DNA of 32,000 nt. It comes from Alphaproteobacteria bacterium. Its GTDB lineage: Bacteria; Pseudomonadota; Alphaproteobacteria; Rs-D84. The stretch spans positions 383,726 through 415,725 of the forward strand of contig JAFVFD010000005.1 in NCBI GenBank assembly GCA_017475605.1, read 5' to 3'. Shown here one piece after another: positions 31,752-32,000 of the stretch. Under the pieces are notes generated by a model. The model was given only the letters and a program-made list of their open reading frames with translations. It was not told the DNA's origin and made no database searches. Each line of letters starts with the position of its first letter. Within the stretch, counting starts at the first letter, position 1. Both the position numbers and the translations under genes were made by a program.

Positions 31752-32000
31752 AAACTTGAGAGTTTGATCCTGGCTCAGAACGAACGCTGGCGGCAGGTCT
31801 TAGGCATGCAAGTCGAACGGACGAAGCGGAAGCTTGCTTCCGCCTAGTTAGTGGCGCACGAGTGAGTAACGCGTGGGAAACTGCCCACCACTGGGGAATA
31901 ACGTTTGGAAACGAACGCTAATACCGCATACGCCGGAAACGGGAAAGATTTATCGGTGGTGGATGTGCCCGCGTTGGATTAGCTTGTTGGTGGGGTAATG
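31752..32000 (+). rRNA. rrs: 16S rRNA, 5' portion (continues beyond the window)
   Basis: The sequence contains AGAGTTTGATCCTGGCTCAGAACGAACGCTGGCGGCAGG...CATGCAAGTCGAACGG...GTGAGTAACGCGTGGGAA...GCTAATACCGCATACGCC..GAAAGATTTATCG. These are universal 27F-region and alphaproteobacterial-type signatures. Confidence 0.97.

Noticed and set aside
1-32000. CRISPR arrays, transposases, integrases, phage genes, toxin-antitoxin pairs or known defence systems
   Set aside because: I saw no regularly spaced direct repeats and no ORF with recognisable recombinase, nuclease or defence motifs on either strand.

Overview
The window comes from a moderately AT-rich alphaproteobacterium, probably with a reduced or host-associated genome. 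Support for that placement: the 16S 5' end at about 31752, a DUF4167 gene, a permease-lptD-surA arrangement and a skp-lpxD-fabZ arrangement. About half the window is housekeeping or envelope core: infB (partial), nusA, an LptF/G permease, lptD, a surA-like gene, rlmN, OmpA-type lipoproteins, tRNA-Val, fabZ, lpxD, skp, dnaX and rluD. Two blocks are not explained by core functions. (1) Type IV pilin-like genes: a PilA-like pilin and an OmpA-domain lipoprotein sit directly behind dnaX (13635-14763). An operon of three overlapping, paralogous 403-452 aa pilin-like proteins follows (16847-20716). Their constant N-terminal and variable C-terminal layout resembles PilV/shufflon tip adhesins. A Zn-ribbon/DUF3426-like membrane protein and a small secreted protein come next. 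(2) An 8.5-kb cluster (22712-31202) encodes four Cys-rich, signal-peptide-bearing proteins with no family I can recognise, plus an outer-membrane beta-barrel protein. The four share a recurring C-x6-C-x4/6-C module. A third pattern recurs across the window. Several genes without a Shine-Dalgarno have a sigma70 -10 element, often extended (TGnTATAAT), 6-7 nt upstream of the ATG. This geometry suggests leaderless mRNAs. I saw no CRISPR array, transposase, integrase or known defence genes. All functional calls rest on motifs read by eye and need HMM or structure confirmation.
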